Below are positions 1 to 13,659 of a stretch of 64,000 nt of DNA, in pieces. The position numbers and the translations under genes were made by a program. Source of the DNA: Moniliella sp. 'wahieum'. Taxonomy: Eukaryota. Below the pieces are notes generated by a model. It saw only the letters and a program-made list of their open reading frames with translations, did not search any database and was not told where the DNA came from. How positions within the stretch are numbered: the first letter of the stretch is position 1; each line of letters begins with the position of its first letter. The stretch is from contig RSEE01000122.1 of the NCBI GenBank assembly GCA_003971905.1, positions 1-64,000 of the forward strand, in the 5' to 3' direction.

Positions 1-2112
1 GTCACCTCTCTTTTTGACCACGCTATGACGAGGCGCTATCAGACTTTATTGCGTTGGAAAACCACACGGCGCTCGTGCTGGCATTGTACCCTCCCTCGAT
101 CGCTGGCGACCTGGCCTTGCCCCCTGCCGAGTGGCTCTCGCCTTTGGTGCACCTACCACGCCCGCCAAATACTTGGCCCGTCGCCCTCCCGGCCCCCTCG
201 CGCGATCTCAGCACCGACCCGACCGGATCGCCATTGGCTTCGCCGTCCAGCACCCTTCCTGCTCGCTCCCAGAGCATCCGACTCTCCCACTCTTTGGTCC
301 CGGCGGACCGTACCAGCCTGGCCTCGGTCGGCAGTGGTCGGGGTTCCTTGGACCTGGAAGCCCCGTTGTGGCAGATGGGATGGAGGAAGGGGAGCCAGAA
401 CGAGAACGAGCACGCGCCCGGGCCGCTCGGCGTCCAAACGTGCTGCCAAGCAGCTCGACGCTCTGCAGAAGGACAAACGCCATTCACTCGATGCGCTAGG
501 CAAGTTTCTAGCGACCGAAGGAGGATTTACCAGTCGCTGTTGGAACGGCACCCCGAGTCCATGGCCCAGACCAAGTCGCAAAACATACGATGCCTCAACC
601 TTACGTGCCATCCCTTCTGTCCCTCTGCACGCACTTTCCTCGAGCAGCTGGCGGATGTGGCGGGGTGGTGGACACGGCGCTGCTCAAAACCTTTCTCGAG
701 ACAAACCGGGATTGGTGGGCTCGTTGGCCGTTGGAAAATTGGTGCGAGGTAGATGAGGGGAGCAGCTCTTGTCGTCGGCAGGCAAATCGTCCGAGCTGAT
801 TGCGTCTGTATGGCGGGAAGAATATGCATGCCAAGGCGCTTCAGCTGCTGCGGCAGTTTGGGGAGCAAGTCACATCGAGGAAGAGGCCGATAAGGAGGAA
901 CGGTTGGGTCCGACGATCCGCTATCTCCAAAACCTCGACCCTAAGCATCTTCCTGTCATTTTGGAGGCGTCCCATTGGGTCTTGGAGGAAGATCCGACAA
1001 TGGGCTGGAAATCTTTACTGCCGATACGGGCAAGGTGGGCTCGTTCCGCAAAGCCTCGTCACGGCCGATCTGGAGCAATTTGACCCGCCTTGGCCATCCG
1101 GTACTTGAAACCATTGTGGCTTCGGGGAACAGGACCCAACCTCCACGAGAAACTGATCTTTCTCTCACTAGAGCAAGCGGGCAGTATGAAGGTGGGATCC
1201 GACGAGCGAGCCCTTCTCACCAAATGCTCTTGTTTCTCAGGTCTTCTCATAGCTACCATGCCTCCCACGTTCTCGCCCGCCTGCCTGTTGCGGCGCCCAT
1301 GATGTGGGCATGGTCGAGGTCCGTGCGGCCCTACTGGGACGGGGGACATCATGCCGCTGCCTTGCACCTGTACGTTGATGTACTGCACGACCTTCCGCAG
1401 GCCGAGCGGTACTGCGAGCAGTCTATGCCCTACCGCCCCCGCATACCCAGGCGCAGCAGGACGTGTTCCTCATCTTGCTCCAGACCTTGCTCCCACCTCC
1501 TTCGTCGTCAAGTTTAGCATCGGCCTCGGCCTCGGCCTCGGGTCGGTGCCAATGGACTCGATTGGCTCCTTGCATTCAGGCAGGCGACGTACCGTTTCAC
1601 TCCTGCCTCGCGGCCCACGTCACCCTTGCCCTTGCCGCGGCTGCGTTCCGCCGCCACTCACGACAGAACAGCGCTTCTTCCTTTGGCTTTGATTCGCCCG
1701 TGGCGCCGACCGAGGAGCGGGGGACGCCGCACTTGGCGTGCTCGCCCGACAGGGCGCGCCATCGACCTGACACGCGCCTTGCCGCTCGTCCCCCCTTTGT
1801 TCCTGTCAAGCAAGTCAAGGGCTACGTTACCCATTCGCTCCGGCGCGCCGTGGCGGCGCAGCGTCGGCGCACCTGCTGCGCTCTACCGCCGAGGCTCGGC
1901 GGGTGCAGCTTGACCATGCGCTGGTTGCGCTGCGCGGCCGGAGCGTGGTGATCACGGACGATTCGCGCTGTGCGCGCTGCAGCAGGAAACTCGGGACCGT
2001 CGCGGGCTTGACGGTGAACCCAACGACGGGCGAGGTGACGCATTACTTTTGTCGTGCCGACGAGGAGGAGGAAACAGCCGCGCTCGGAAGCGCAGCAGCA
2101 GCACCTCCATGA
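1..2112 (+). CDS. VPS39: Vam6/Vps39 (HOPS subunit), C-terminal part; 5' end lies before the window; frameshifted
   Basis: Collinear fragments across frames: VDTALLKTFLE..ENWCEVDE, GKNMHAKALQLLRQF, LGPTIRYLQNLDPKHLPVILEASHWVLEEDP..GLEIFTAD, HAAALHLYVDVLHDLPQAERYC, and a C-terminal Vps39_2-type VVITDDSRCARCSRKLG...HYFC. Confidence 0.85.
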
Positions 2113-2429
2113 TCTTTATCTGTGAGAATCGACTACCCTGGATGGTGGCGATGCACTTGCTCTGGGACGAAGGGGTGGCTTTGCTTGGTGGACAGAGCAG
2201 CACGATCGACAGAGGTGGGCCCAGTCTGCCAAAGAAAGGTTCCCTACGCGCTGGCCCCCCAGCAACACAACGTAGGATGCAGAACATGAAACAGATCTTT
2301 TTTCAAAAATAAAAATAGAACCCAGTGGGCTGCCTGAGCCTCACCTGAGCTTCAAGCAAGTCCAAGCTGGGGCACCTTTTCTGGGACGCGGCTGCTGCCG
2401 ATGGCTTTCTGTCCTGCCTTGCTGCCACC

Positions 2430-3182
2430 ATGATTGCTACGCCGTCGACATCGCATGTCAAGCGGACAGAGTGGGAGGAGGTGTACGAGCCAGCGGAAGA
2501 TACGTTTGCGCTGCTGGATGCGCTCGAGGCGGACGCTGCGTTGCTCCGCGCCCACCCGGCGCCGCTGGTGGTGGAGCTAGGCACGGGGAGGGGTGGTCAG
2601 TGCTTTACCGCTGCGCTGCCGCACAGGGGGGTGGCACTGGCTACCGACCTCAATCCTGTCGCGGCCAACGTGGCGCGCAGGACGGCGGAGGCGAACCAGG
2701 CGGAACCAATGGAGGTGGTGGTCACGTCGCTCCTCACGGGCCTGGCGCCGCGGTTAAAGGGCAAGGTGGATGTGCTGCTGTTCAATCCACCCTATGTGCC
2801 CACGACGGAGGCGGAGGAACAGATGGCGCAACGCGCTGCGCCGCACGCCGACGCGCCCGCCCTGGCCGCGCCTGGGCCGGGGGACAGACGGGCACCAAGC
2901 TGGTGGAGGCGCTGTTGGCGGGCACGGCGCTGGCGGGGGGCGTGGCGCTGGGGGAGCTGTGGCGCCGGGGGGCGTGCTGTACCTGGTGGCCATCAAGCAG
3001 AACGACCCGCCGGGGCTGGTGCGCAGGATGCAGCAGCTGGGGCTGGAGGCGAGGTACGTTGGCGTGTGGGGGGGACGGTGGTGGGGGGGGGGCTATGCTG
3101 ACGGGGGGACTAGGTTGTGTTGGCGCGCAGGGCGGGTGGGGAGCATCTGCACATCCTCCGGGCGCGCAAGCCAGGCGCATGA
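2430..3182 (+). CDS. MTQ2: HemK/N6AMT1-family eRF1 glutamine methyltransferase; one 3' intron (~3054-3113)
   Basis: VYEPAEDTFALLDALE, SAM motif VELGTG, catalytic FNPPYVPT, WAGG..G, GGVLYLVA; last exon VVLARRAGGEHLHILR ends at TGA 3180-3182. Confidence 0.9.
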
Positions 3183-3538
3183 GCATGTGTGTGGATGGGA
3201 GGGCAAGGATGGGCTTACGTCAGGGCCCAGCGTGCTGAGGCGTCTGCATTCAGTGGGCAGCCTTGCCTGGGCGATGCTGCGTGCACCGGGGCAAGGGGAC
3301 AAGGGAGAAGGGCGAGGGCCAGCGCCACTGGCCATGGACAGGACGAGGCGGGCTGGATGGACTATGCAGGGGGAGAGTCGATAGAGGTGATGGAGGGATG
3401 CGCGGATCTGCCGCCGCCGAGCTGGAACAGCCGCGCGGCGCTGTTCTGCCGAGCCACACGCGCCGCTCCGGCTGTGCGTGCTGGGCAGCAGGGGCAGGGC
3501 GTGCGATGGCACGGCCAGGACACGCACACGCGTGACCG

Positions 3539-6500
3539 ATGGCATCGGTGATCGCGGATCCCACGCCGCTCGCTTCAGGCCGCAGCACGCAGCACTCAGC
3601 CGGGGCTGAAACAGGCCCACCGCCGCCCCTCCCGCCCCTCGCACCATCCCAGACCCCCCACCCCCACCCCTCCTCCGCCTGCGGGATGCTGTGCCTGCCG
3701 TCGGGGCTGCATGCGCACCGCCCGCCCCATGCCGCTGCCCGCGACGCGCCCCCCGCCCCCGCCGCCACCACGCGCCCGCTGCCACGCCCACCCCACTGTC
3801 ATTGCGCCGTCGCCGCGGCCGTGCGCACCCACGCCCCCGCCGCCGCCGAGCCCCTGGCCGCCACCCTCTTCCCCGCCCCCACTGCCCACGCCGCCGACCG
3901 CCGCTGGCCCATCCACTCCGCCACCGGCCGCCGCGACGCCCACTGGGTCTGGTCCAAGGGGCCGTGCATGCCGCCAATGCGCCCCCCGATCAGCACGAGC
4001 TCGACGCCATCTGCGACTACTTTGGCTATGCCCGCCCTCCGCCTCCCAGCCGCTCGGCACCAGCGGACACAACAACCCCCTTCGCACCGGTCCTCCCGCC
4101 CCCAACGGCCAGCCGAGCAACACCCCAGAAGGGGTCCCGTCGCGCCTGTATCTCATGGTACGCTCTCGGCCTCCGCTCCTACCTGCGCCGGCTAACTTTC
4201 TCCCTCCCCCCGGCAGATGTTGGCCGATGCACTGCTGCCGCTCCCACGCCACCCGATGAACGGCGTCGTCTCGCCCGCCTTGCTGGCAACCACGGGCATC
4301 GTTCCCCTTCTATCTTTAGCACCGGCCCCGACATCATTGGCCACTACTATGACTGCATCATCGGCCCGCCGCGAGGTGGTGGTGATGACCAACTATTGGC
4401 AGGGCGGTCAAAACGTCAACAAAATTTCCGATGGCCTTCGCGAACTCAACCGCCGCGAGGCTGCACGCCAGCGCAACCACACCAGTCGTGCGAGGAGGTG
4501 CACGACCCACGCACGCCCGGGCAACCGCCCCGCAAAAGGATCGTTGTCAAGGTTATGTGGGACCGCGGTCCGCGCACGGTGGGCGACTTGTTCCGCATGC
4601 GCACCCTGTGCCCATCTCGGAGTGGAAGGAGAACGGTCTGCCCACCCCGGACGAGGTGGAATGTCTACATATGGAGGTGCTCAACTACCATCGGCCTCTC
4701 ATGGGCACCTTCCATGCCAAGCTCCTGTTGGTTGACCGCCGCGTTGCCCTCGTCAACTCGAACAACATCCAAGACCGGCCCAACCTCGAGGCCATGGCCC
4801 GTCTTGAGGGCGACATTGTCAATTCGGTGTATGAGCATGCGCTTCTCTCTTGGGGCGTTGCCATGGACCCTCCGCTGCCTTGCTTAGAGGTGCCTGCGAC
4901 GGCCGACCCAGGAACCATGTCTTTTGCCTCTGCTTCCAGACGAAAGTCCCTCTTGGCACGACACAAGCCTCCCGTCAAGCTCGATGCCAATCCCCACGTG
5001 CCTCCAGCGGAGGTACGACCGGGCCCCGCTGCGTCCGAGGACGATTTGGCACGATTGTCCAATATGACCATTATGAATCTGCGGGAACGGGCGCAACACG
5101 CTCGCGCAAGATTGCACAAGATGCGGACGAAGCCGAGGCGGAGGAACTCAGTGGTGGCAACCACCGTCATTTGGCTGATGTGATCGCCCGTCGGCGTCGG
5201 AACAGCACCTCGGTCGATGGCCAGCCATCGTCGCCCACGACGAGGCCAAGCCCAGGTTTTCGGGGCCCCGTTCGGATGGAGAGAGCGACGAGGAGACGGC
5301 ATGGGATGCGGCACGCAAGGCCGGGAACCAGTGGCGCCAAAAAGTGCTCGGCGACCGCTTTTCCCGCCCGTCGACCACAGCAGGCACGTCAAGTGAAATC
5401 CCGCTCGAGGAGATCCACCATGCTTCCACGGTGCAGGCCGCACCGCCCGAAGGGGGGAGCCGTACCTTTGCAGACGTGGTGGAGTCCCTGATGCAAAAGG
5501 AAGGCATCCATCCTCCCGGTTGGGCAGATGGTGCGTTGGATGCGCTAGGTATCGGTGAAAGTTCGTCCAAAAATGTAGCCCAAGAAGCAAGACGAGCCCG
5601 CGCGGCCCGACAAGGCCAAGTCCACGTCCCCACCACGGTGCATGAGGAGGACCAGCTGTCACGCACCATGACGGCGCCCTCAACGATGACCCAGTGGCGC
5701 CTAGCGAGTGGCCGCAGACGCCGCGGTCCAAGGCGACGCTGGTGTCGTCGCCCCACGATAAGGATAAAGAGAAGGAACGAGAAGGGGGCAAAAGTGTCGG
5801 TTGCGGAAAAGCAAACAATCTGTGCGTTCATATGCATCCACAACACCGGCTGGGCCACTGGACGACGCTCTGCAGCCCCACCCGGATGCGGCGCCGGGCG
5901 CCGAGGCACTGCACCATGCTGCGCTCAACTCGCCGCCAACTCCTAGTAGCTTGCCCATTCCTGATGACGCCGACGCGAGGATGGGCCGCCTGGTCTGCAG
6001 GGCTACCATCGTGCCATCACGTGTCCCACACCTTGCACCAGTCGGCTGCCGAACGCCTCAACAAGACCACGGGCCGATTGGACTTTGCCAACAACTCCAA
6101 GGTCAAAGGGGAGATCACGGCCGAGCGACTGCACCGGATGAACCATGGGTCGGCACCAGCTGTGTCGGCGCCTGCGGTGCCCAATGGCGCGAGCGACTCG
6201 AGCTCGGACCCCACCACGGTACCTACTACGACTACTGCGCCTACCACCGTCCCGGCGCGTTGGACGAGGAGGAAAGTGCATCGTGTGGGTCGGGCGAGAG
6301 CGGGGCAGGTTCGATGGCACACGAAGATGAGATTGTGTATGACCCGACGGATTTAGTCCGTACATTTTCCATCGGCCGCACCGGCCGGTACCGATGGCAT
6401 TGGTCAATCGTCGTCCGCATGGCACGCCGGGTCACTCGGACATTCGCAATCCGCAAGACGCCGCCTGGCTCGCCGGGTTCCGCTATGCCCAGCACATCTT

Positions 6501-7018
6501 TATCCAGACGCCGACGTTGAATGCTGGCCGATCAAGGCTGCCGTCTTGGCTGCCGTGCAGCGCGGGGCCAAGGTCGAGCTCTGGCTCGATCTCGGCTTCA
6601 ACGACAAGTCCGAGTCCATGCCGTTCCAGGGAGGCACGAACGAGCAGGTGGTCACGGGCATGTTTCGTACCTCAAGTCGCATGCGCCTGAGGCACGGAAG
6701 AACTTGCATGTGTACTGGTACACGGGCAAGGACATGACCCGTCCACTCAATGCGGTGCGCAAACAACGCAATTGCCACGTGAAATTTGCTGGGTTTGATG
6801 GCCAGGTGGCCATCATGGGCTCGGGCAACCAGGATACCCAGTCTTGGTTCCATTCCCAAGAGATCAACGTCATGGTCGACGACCAGACCATCGTCCAGGA
6901 ATGGATCGATGCCCTGCGCCGCAACCAGTCCACCCACATTTACGGCCGCGTCGACGATGATGGCATCTGGCGCGGTCGCACAGGTACCCAAAAGGTCGAC
7001 ACGGGCAAGGAACACTGA
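3539..7018 (+). CDS. Phospholipase D/nuclease superfamily protein with two HKD motifs; frameshifted, probable intron ~4158-4216
   Basis: HAKLLLVDRRVALVNSNNIQD (~4713-4775) and HVKFAGFDGQVAIMGSGNQDTQSWFHSQE (~6776-6862), separated by a long low-complexity insert. Confidence 0.8.
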
Positions 7019-7833
7019 GTACTGATCCTGCTCTCTGATCTTGCCTTCTGTCCATCATCCCCCAATCCAACCATTCCTTGTTCCTTTTCCTTTTCCCTTC
7101 GCTCTCGCTCCCTTTTGTTTTGCATTTCCATTCTGCATCCCCAATCCCCAATCCCCTCCTCTCTTCCTCTCTTCCTCCCTTCTTCCCTCCTTTTATCCTT
7201 CTTATTGTACATTCCCCTTTCCTTTGTGCTCTTGACTGACTCACATCCGTTTTCCCTCGCACCTTGCCTACTTGGACCGCGTCGCTTCCGAAAAAACAAA
7301 CAAACAAACAACGCTTCTGCCTCCCCATCCTCATCCCCTTCTCCTTCTCCTTACCTTTATCCTTGCCCCGCGCCGGCGCTAGCTTCCTCCGCCTCGCTCC
7401 ACTGGGACAGTGGGTGGAGGAAGGTGCTCCCGCAGGTTGCCTGTTCCGTTCGTACTTTGGATGTCTGCCCTGACGACGACGATGACGCCGCCCAGAGCCC
7501 TACGTGCCTTCTCCCTTGGATCGGGGCGGAGGGGGGATGGGGTCCGGCCAGGCTCCCAATTCAAATGCAATGGACGCTGAGACAAATACAAAGACGCGCT
7601 GCGAAGCGCCGCCAAGCGCTCGACCTGCTTTGTATCGCTGAGGCGTTGGTATCTTGAGGCCCCTGCTCAAGCACGGCCTAGCGCTGCTCCGGAACTATTG
7701 AACGTTTCACTCCTGCTACCCTGACGCGGTGGGTTCAAACGTTCAAATCCGGCAATCCCCGTTTGATTTCCACATCCCACGGAACTGTGACTCGCAGCGA
7801 CCTGGGAGTGAGCGAGTAGGGCCGAAGCTGGAG

Positions 7834-7849
7834 GGGTGACGCGTCACCC
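7834..7849. repeat. Perfect 16-bp palindrome GGGTGACGCGTCACCC
   Basis: Read directly; has a TGA-CGCG-TCA core. Confidence 0.9.
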
Positions 7850-8372
7850 GTCAAGCGTGAGCGAATTTACCCAAGAGGGTGATATGTGATACGTGGGCTG
7901 TGTTTTGGTGTGTGATAGCGTAATGCGTCAGAGACGTAGATGGGATGGGGGGAATGGGAGCGTTGCAGCGGAACGCAATCATTAATCACGCATTGCGCAG
8001 GGAGGCATCATGCACCACGCGTCGCAGCGCGCGAGACGAGGGGGGAAGCTGGAAGACAGGCTGGACGCCACTTGCTCGTGCCGCTCGAGCCGCCCCCAGG
8101 TTCGGGCGATTGCAGCAAGGGTGATCGAGATGATCGGTGATCGATGAAGATTGGCTAAGCGCCTGGCCAGCGTAAGACCGCAGCCTGCCGCGGGACGCGC
8201 TGAGCGTTTGCTGAACGCACTGCTGCGCGCAGCCCAGCTCGGGCGCGCTAGGCACCAGCACACTGGGCACCAGCACAGTGTGCATGCGATCCTCGTCGGC
8301 TGTTTGCCCGTGCCGTTCATCACATGCATCACCGGCTCACCGGGCGCGCTCACCGCCTTGGCCTCCCCCGGG

Positions 8373-8398
8373 TAATAGCCTTAACTAATAGCCTTAAC
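8373..8398. repeat. Tandem duplication (TAATAGCCTTAAC)x2
   Basis: Read directly. Confidence 0.9.
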
Positions 8399-9035
8399 TG
8401 CCCGAGGTGGCTGAGGCGCTGAGGCCAGCGTCGCGTGGGCGTTTTCAGAGGCTGAGCGGCTCAGCCGCTCTGCGCTCAGCGCGCGCTCAGCGCCAGCACT
8501 AGTCAGCTCGATAGCCTCATCGATCATCGACATGCCCCTTTTCACCTTTCAAGTATCCGTGCCTTACACCCCCCACCCGACGATGCCACGCGGCACAGCC
8601 AAGAGAGCACGTACCCGAAGGAGGTCCATTTCTCTCGTTTGGCATGGGTAGTACCATAGGATAACGCGTTGAACGTTGACTCCAGGGCAGCAGGGGCACA
8701 GCGGATTGATGAGGCGAGGCGTAATTGGGTTTCATGCGACGAACCGCTAAAAAAAGGGATGGGTGATGCAATGCGAGAGATGGTCGAACGTACATTGAAC
8801 GTTCATGCAGGACACGCTCAGCGCTGAGGCTCGCATTCAACTTGCATATCCAGTGACGGCTTCAGCACGGGGGCAGTGCGGCGGCTGGGGCGGATCAGCG
8901 TAACCGGTAACCAAATCTTGCGTGGCTACTAAAAACAGATTTCTTTTTTGCCGCCTTTTCCCATCAGTTCTTTTTCTTTCCCCTTGAGCCCCTCTCTCTG
9001 ACCGCCCACCACCACCACCACCCTTTCACCCTCCC

Positions 9036-11091
9036 ATGTCGACGCCAACGGACGAAGGTACGTCTTCCGTGTTCTGGCTTCGCCCGTTGCTAGGCTAATT
9101 CTTCCCCTCTGTCTGCATTCAGTCCACGATGCCGACTCGGTGATGCCCCCCCACGAAACTGAGCGCAGCGGCACCAGCTCGGACAGCCCAGGCCGCCACC
9201 CACCTGCTTTCGCTCACCGCCGCTGAGCGGCTGGACCGGATCCTTTATCCGCGTGACTGCTTCACCTCGGACAAGATTTACTGGGCCGACCTACCGTCCG
9301 CCGCCGCATGCGCTGGGTCAATGCTCAGAACAATGCTGAGGCCAAGCGCGAGATTGGCGTCATCTGGCGCATGTTCAAGAACGACCCCCTTTCGCCACTC
9401 GGTGCATACTTTCAAAACTATGCCATCACCGGCCTTGGGCTCTTGTCGAGGGCTACACTCTATTTTCTGTCGGCAATCTCCAGCCGCTCTTCAAGGTCGT
9501 CTGGCCCGAGTGCTGGAAGACATTCAAGGTCTGCAACAAAACCTGGACCGAGGCTACCGACTATCTTCAAATCATTGGCATTGTCCTCGGCCAGTTCGTG
9601 TCGGTATCGAGTCTGACTGGATTGGTCGTCGGTTCGGCATGGTACAGAACGCACTGATCATGACCCTGGGCAGTATCATGCTGACCGCCATGTGTGGGCA
9701 CCTCCCTCAACGGCGGGTCATCTGCTATGCTTGGTGCCAGTTCGTCTACGCTTTGGCGTTGGTGGAGAATATCCCATCGTCGGTACCACCTCTATGGAAA
9801 GTGGCAAGGGGATGGGTGCGGATGAGCGGGATCGCATGCATCGTGGTCGCCGCGTGCTCCTTTCCTTCCTTATGCAAGGATGGGGACAGGTGGCGAACCA
9901 GGGGCTACTCATCATCCTCATGCTCATCTTCCACAACCGCTTGGGCGACACTGATTACAACAAAACCTCGACCCGGACGTTCCGTGTTTCGTTTGGCATC
10001 ATTGCTGCCTTTACCCTTCCTTGCCTACCTTCGTTTCTACCGTATCAAGGGCGTCGACGATGCGATCAAGGCCGCCAAGGGCGGGGCGGGACGACGTCGG
10101 GGTACGACCTGGTTTCCCTTAAGCTTTGCCATGGGCCATTACTGGCATCGCCTCATTGCGACTTGCCTTGGTTGGGGCGCCAACGATTTCGCCTTTACGG
10201 CAACAAGACCTTTAGCGGTGTCTTTATCCAGATCATCACCGCATCTGCGTCGGTTCGCCTGACTTGGCTCTACAACCTTATCAACGTGGGCGTCTCCTTG
10301 GCTGGATACTATTTGGCGGCGCTGCTGATTGAACAAAAAACTATGGGCGCAAGTGGATGCAAGCCAACGGGTTCATGATGCTCTTCATCCTCTTCCTCAT
10401 TGCCGCTGCAGCGTACGAGCCGCTAACCAAGCCAGGCGCAGGAGTCAAAGGATTTATGGCACTCTATTCCTCATTGGGTTCTTCAACCAAGCTCGGCAGC
10501 AACACCACCACTTCCTCATTGCTGGTGAGTCCTACCCAGCCTCCATTCGCGCCACCGCCCATGGCATGTCCGCTGCTGTGGCAAGATGGGCGCCTTGATT
10601 CCCGCCGCGCTCTACCCGCACATTGGTGACCGGGCCAAGTTCTGGCTCGGGATGGGGCTAGCTGCGATGGGGTGGGTGGTCACCCTCATCTTTGTCCCAG
10701 ATACGTCCGGGTTGGACCTGCGGGAGCTGGAGCGGTACTGGTCTTATGTTCGGGACGGCCGAGCGAACGATTACCACGGTGTGGCGGTGCACCCGCGCCA
10801 CCTGAGCTTGTTTGACGTGTGGTCCTCCACCGCCATCGCACTTACAACCCCGAGCTGGATCGTCAAGCAAAGATGGACGAGATGCGCACCGCGTACGACG
10901 CTATGCGCGCCGTCAACGGGGTCAAGTTTGAGCCGTCGGACATGAGCGCCGAGCAACGTGAGTTCCTCGAGATGGAGCTTACCAGCTTCTTCAACTCGGA
11001 CCGCAAACTGCGCACCCACGATGTGCTTGCCTCCCACGAAGCTGCTACCCACCCATCCAAGTTGGCAGCGCTCGAAAAGAAGTTGCATTGA
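9036..11091 (+). CDS. MFS transporter of the Pho84/Git1-like phosphate:H+ symporter group; intron ~9058-9122; frameshifted
   Basis: SDWIGRRFG (MFS motif A region), GVGGEYP, RGRRVLLSFLMQGWGQ, TFLIAGESYPASIRATAHGMSAA; several hydrophobic segments. Confidence 0.8.
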
Positions 11092-11402
11092 TGCTTTCAA
11101 GCTTCAGCTTCGCCCCGCCGTCACCGCACCATGTTATCTATACTTTGCTGTCCCTCTTCCATCTCATTGTACCCTTTCATTGTACCTGCCGCGCCCCCTA
11201 TGACCCCATTTTCCTCTGCCCCTGTATTCCACAGGCTTGCGGACCATGCATTTCTGTCCCCTGTTGAAGAACCCCATATATGTCCACTAGAGCAATAGAC
11301 GAGCACGCCATTTACGGCCAAACAATAAAGTCCGGACTATATTTGTTGTAGTGCACAGTCGCAAACCCAAGATCATAGATTACTGTGGGCTTCATCCCTT
11401 GT

Positions 11403-13659
11403 CTACTGAATCAAATGCCGTTCCAGAGACGCTTCAAGAACGGGTTGGTTGGCCATCTGCGCCTTGTGCTTGGCCACCGCGATGCCTGCTTCACCTTCCT
11501 TGGGATTCTCCAACACCCGCCCGTCATTGCCCGTGCCGTCGACCGCGTTCTGGGCCTTGCCCAAGTAGTAGTTGGGCATGTACAACCCACACAGGAGCGG
11601 GACAAACGACAGGCTCAGCGCGGCAATGAACATGGGCCGCATCGTCTCGTCAAATGCGGCCATGACTTTGATCCGGTCCTCGGAGCCCCAGGAAGGGCAT
11701 GCGCCTTGGTGTAGGATCATACGCCGACTTGGCCACCGCAGGGGACAAGCCCTGTTTGGCCAAGTTGACCGGATAGCGGCCCGTGTAGATCGCGCTGCCC
11801 ACGGCCGATCCCATCGAGGAGCCAAGTTTGGTCCAGAGCGCCAAATTGGCCATGACCATGGCCAAATCTTGGTGCGGCACCGAAGCTTGCGACGCGACGC
11901 GCGTGCCCACCACCGAACACGCGCCGCCCAACCCAATCAAAATTTGGGTAAAGGCCAAGGCAGTGTTGTTGGCATGCGAACCGCGAGCCCAGTAGGTGAT
12001 GCCCATCCCGATGAGCCGCACACAGGCCAAACAGTTGGATGGCCTTGTAGCGGTGGGTGTACCGCAAACACAGACCGGCCAGGATACCAAACAGGTCAAG
12101 GCCACCGTTTCGGTCTGGGTAAAGTAGGCCCAGCTTTGGTTCGACCACGGCTTGATCACGTACACCCAGTCGTCATAGAACGACGAACGGATGAAGCCAG
12201 AGACTAGATGGAAGGTGTATGTCAGTCTTTGCTTTCTCTTCTCAATGCAAACCTTCTTCCTCCGATACGTGATACGATGGTGGAAAAGTGGGTGCGGGCT
12301 TGGGAAGGGGGAAGGGGAGGGGGAGGAGATGGTACATACACATGTAGAAGATATCAAGTGTAGCTGCCAAGACAAAGGTCTTGTTGCCCCAGATGCGCTT
12401 GTTGACTATGGGCGCCGGAGCGAGGAAGACCTCCCAGGCAAAGAAAAGAAGCAGAATGACAAACCCGCACACAATCATAGCAATCATGCTCGGGTTACCC
12501 AGCCTCCGGCTTTCTTGTTGAGCGAAAAAGGGGAGAAAGATGAGCGAAAAGGCAAACCCAAGCAGGATCAGGCCCACCGCATCAATGTCCACAAAAAGTG
12601 ATACAGTTGCTTCAAACGAGACTGGGCACTCATACGTTCCACGGCAAACGTGCCCGCTTGCTCAGCGCGCTCCATATCAATCTTGCTCATGCCCACACCC
12701 AGCTCGCCACTCGCCTTGGCTTTCATGTCGGCATAGGTGAGTGTCAAAATGACGGGCGTAACAAAGACAGGGGTGATGATGCAGAACATGCCAAAGCCCC
12801 AGCGCCAGCACCCCGAATGGTGGGCGTCGCCGAGGTGGGACACAAGTGTCCTACCATCGTCGACGCGATCCAGGAAGGAAGAGGTAACAAAAGTCTGTCA
12901 TGGCGGTCGAGAAGCCACGCCATTCGAGTGGGTCAAATCGGCAATCACAATTTGGGTGATGAGACTAAGTCCAGCTTGTCCAGTGGCCGTAATGACGCGT
13001 CCTACACAGAGTGCCGTGCCGGTCGGCGAAGCGGCGACACAAGTAGCCAACAATGTAGAAGGCAATCGTCACTGTGTACGCCATTTGCCGTGAGAAGGTG
13101 TCGGCAATCTTGGCTAGGAACGGTTTGATACGGCGGCTGCAGTACGCGTACAAGACGAGATGTTAGCCCTATATTGTGCTCATCATACAAACCGTATAGT
13201 GTAGGGGGATGAAGCGGAAGAAGAATACGCACTGATCACACTTTGAACCGTCGCAATGGTACCAATGTATTCGGCCGCGTCAAAGTAACTTGTGGCGAAC
13301 GTAAGTAGTTTAAGGTAGAGGATTGGTCAAACACGTAAGCCATACTGGTCAGGGCCAACGACACATAAAGCATCCATGCCATCGCTGAGCCCCGGGCAAA
13401 AACACGATTGAAGGCCTCGATGCGGTTGATTCCCTTTTGTTGATGCAATGTGCTTCAGCCACATTGGCACGTCCAAAGTTGGGGTTGTCCTCGGGAGCGC
13501 GGTGCAGATGTTCCTCCTCTACGTCTTCGTGTCCGCCCCATTCCTTTGGTCCTTCAAACTTTCCGAGTGAGATTCCGATCCACCGTCAAACCGGTGCGAC
13601 AGGTCATTCTGCCCCATTTGCTGGACAATGGGACCAGGTGGGGTTACCTTCTCCGCCAT
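11403..13659 (-). CDS. Siderophore-iron transporter (ARN/SIT/MirB family MFS); multi-exon, frameshifted
   Basis: GINRIEAFNRVF, IKPFLAKIADTFSRQMAY, WRWGFGMFCIITP, DAVGLILLGFAFSLIFLPF, ASQASVPHQDLAMV..LWTKLGSSMGSAV. Confidence 0.85.
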
